Under the pieces are notes generated by a model. It searched no databases, was not told the origin of the DNA, and was given only the letters and a program-made list of their open reading frames with translations. A stretch of 60,110 bases of DNA from Promethearchaeota archaeon (lineage in GTDB: Archaea > Asgardarchaeota > Lokiarchaeia > Sigyniarchaeales > SOKP01), in assembly GCA_019057865.1 (NCBI GenBank), contig JAHLWP010000025.1, forward strand, positions 1 to 60,110, in the 5' to 3' direction. Of the stretch, positions 60,014 through 60,110 are shown one piece after another. Both the position numbers and the translations under genes were made by a program. Positions within the stretch are counted from its first letter, which is position 1. Each line of letters opens with the position of its first letter.

Positions 60014-60110
60014 ATGATAAAAGAAGAATCAGCAATACCAGAAATTTGGACTCATAAATTAACTAAAATTTATGGTAGAGGAGAACAAAGTGTAAAAGCC
60101 GTGAATAAGA
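60014..60110 (+). CDS. ABC transporter ATP-binding protein, 5' end (truncated by window edge)
   Basis: MIKEESAIPEIWTHKLTKIYGRGEQSVKAVNK resembles the pre-Walker-A segment. Confidence 0.6.
   Translation, partial: MIKEESAIPEIWTHKLTKIYGRGEQSVKAVNK

Noticed and set aside
1-60110. CRISPR arrays, tRNA, rRNA, IS elements
   Set aside because: No regularly spaced repeats, cloverleaf-like GC-rich segments or transposase/integrase motifs were seen by eye; a tRNAscan/Infernal run would be needed to exclude them fully.

Overview
AT-rich, gene-dense archaeal chromosomal window, most consistent with an Asgard archaeon (Lokiarchaeia-like). This is inferred from a Rab-like small GTPase, a TPR-longin protein, a tandem-wHTH-TPR protein, several UroD/MtaA-family paralogs, an archaeal-type SRP RNA and GAGGTG ribosome-binding sites. 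Most genes are metabolic: glycogen phosphorylase, MtnA, Dus, acyl-CoA enzymes, methylmalonyl-CoA mutase, a 2-oxoacid:ferredoxin oxidoreductase operon, peptidases and transporters. The most striking observation is a circularly permuted PorB (beta subunit) whose new termini fall inside the thiamine-pyrophosphate-binding GDG...DN motif. A diverged 102-nt second copy of that gene's 3' end lies about 1.1 kb downstream, bracketing a toxin-antitoxin pair. Other points: an unannotated SRP (7S) RNA; an intact DUF1848 gene nested between the 5' and 3' relics of another DUF1848 gene; an unannotated alpha/beta-hydrolase 3' relic; and a divergent locus with a wHTH-TPR regulator, a palindromic site, a hairpin and small ORFs, followed by a Rab-like GTPase and a TPR-longin gene. 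I recognised no tRNA, rRNA, CRISPR array, transposase or integrase. All family assignments come from reading motifs by eye; no database searches were run.
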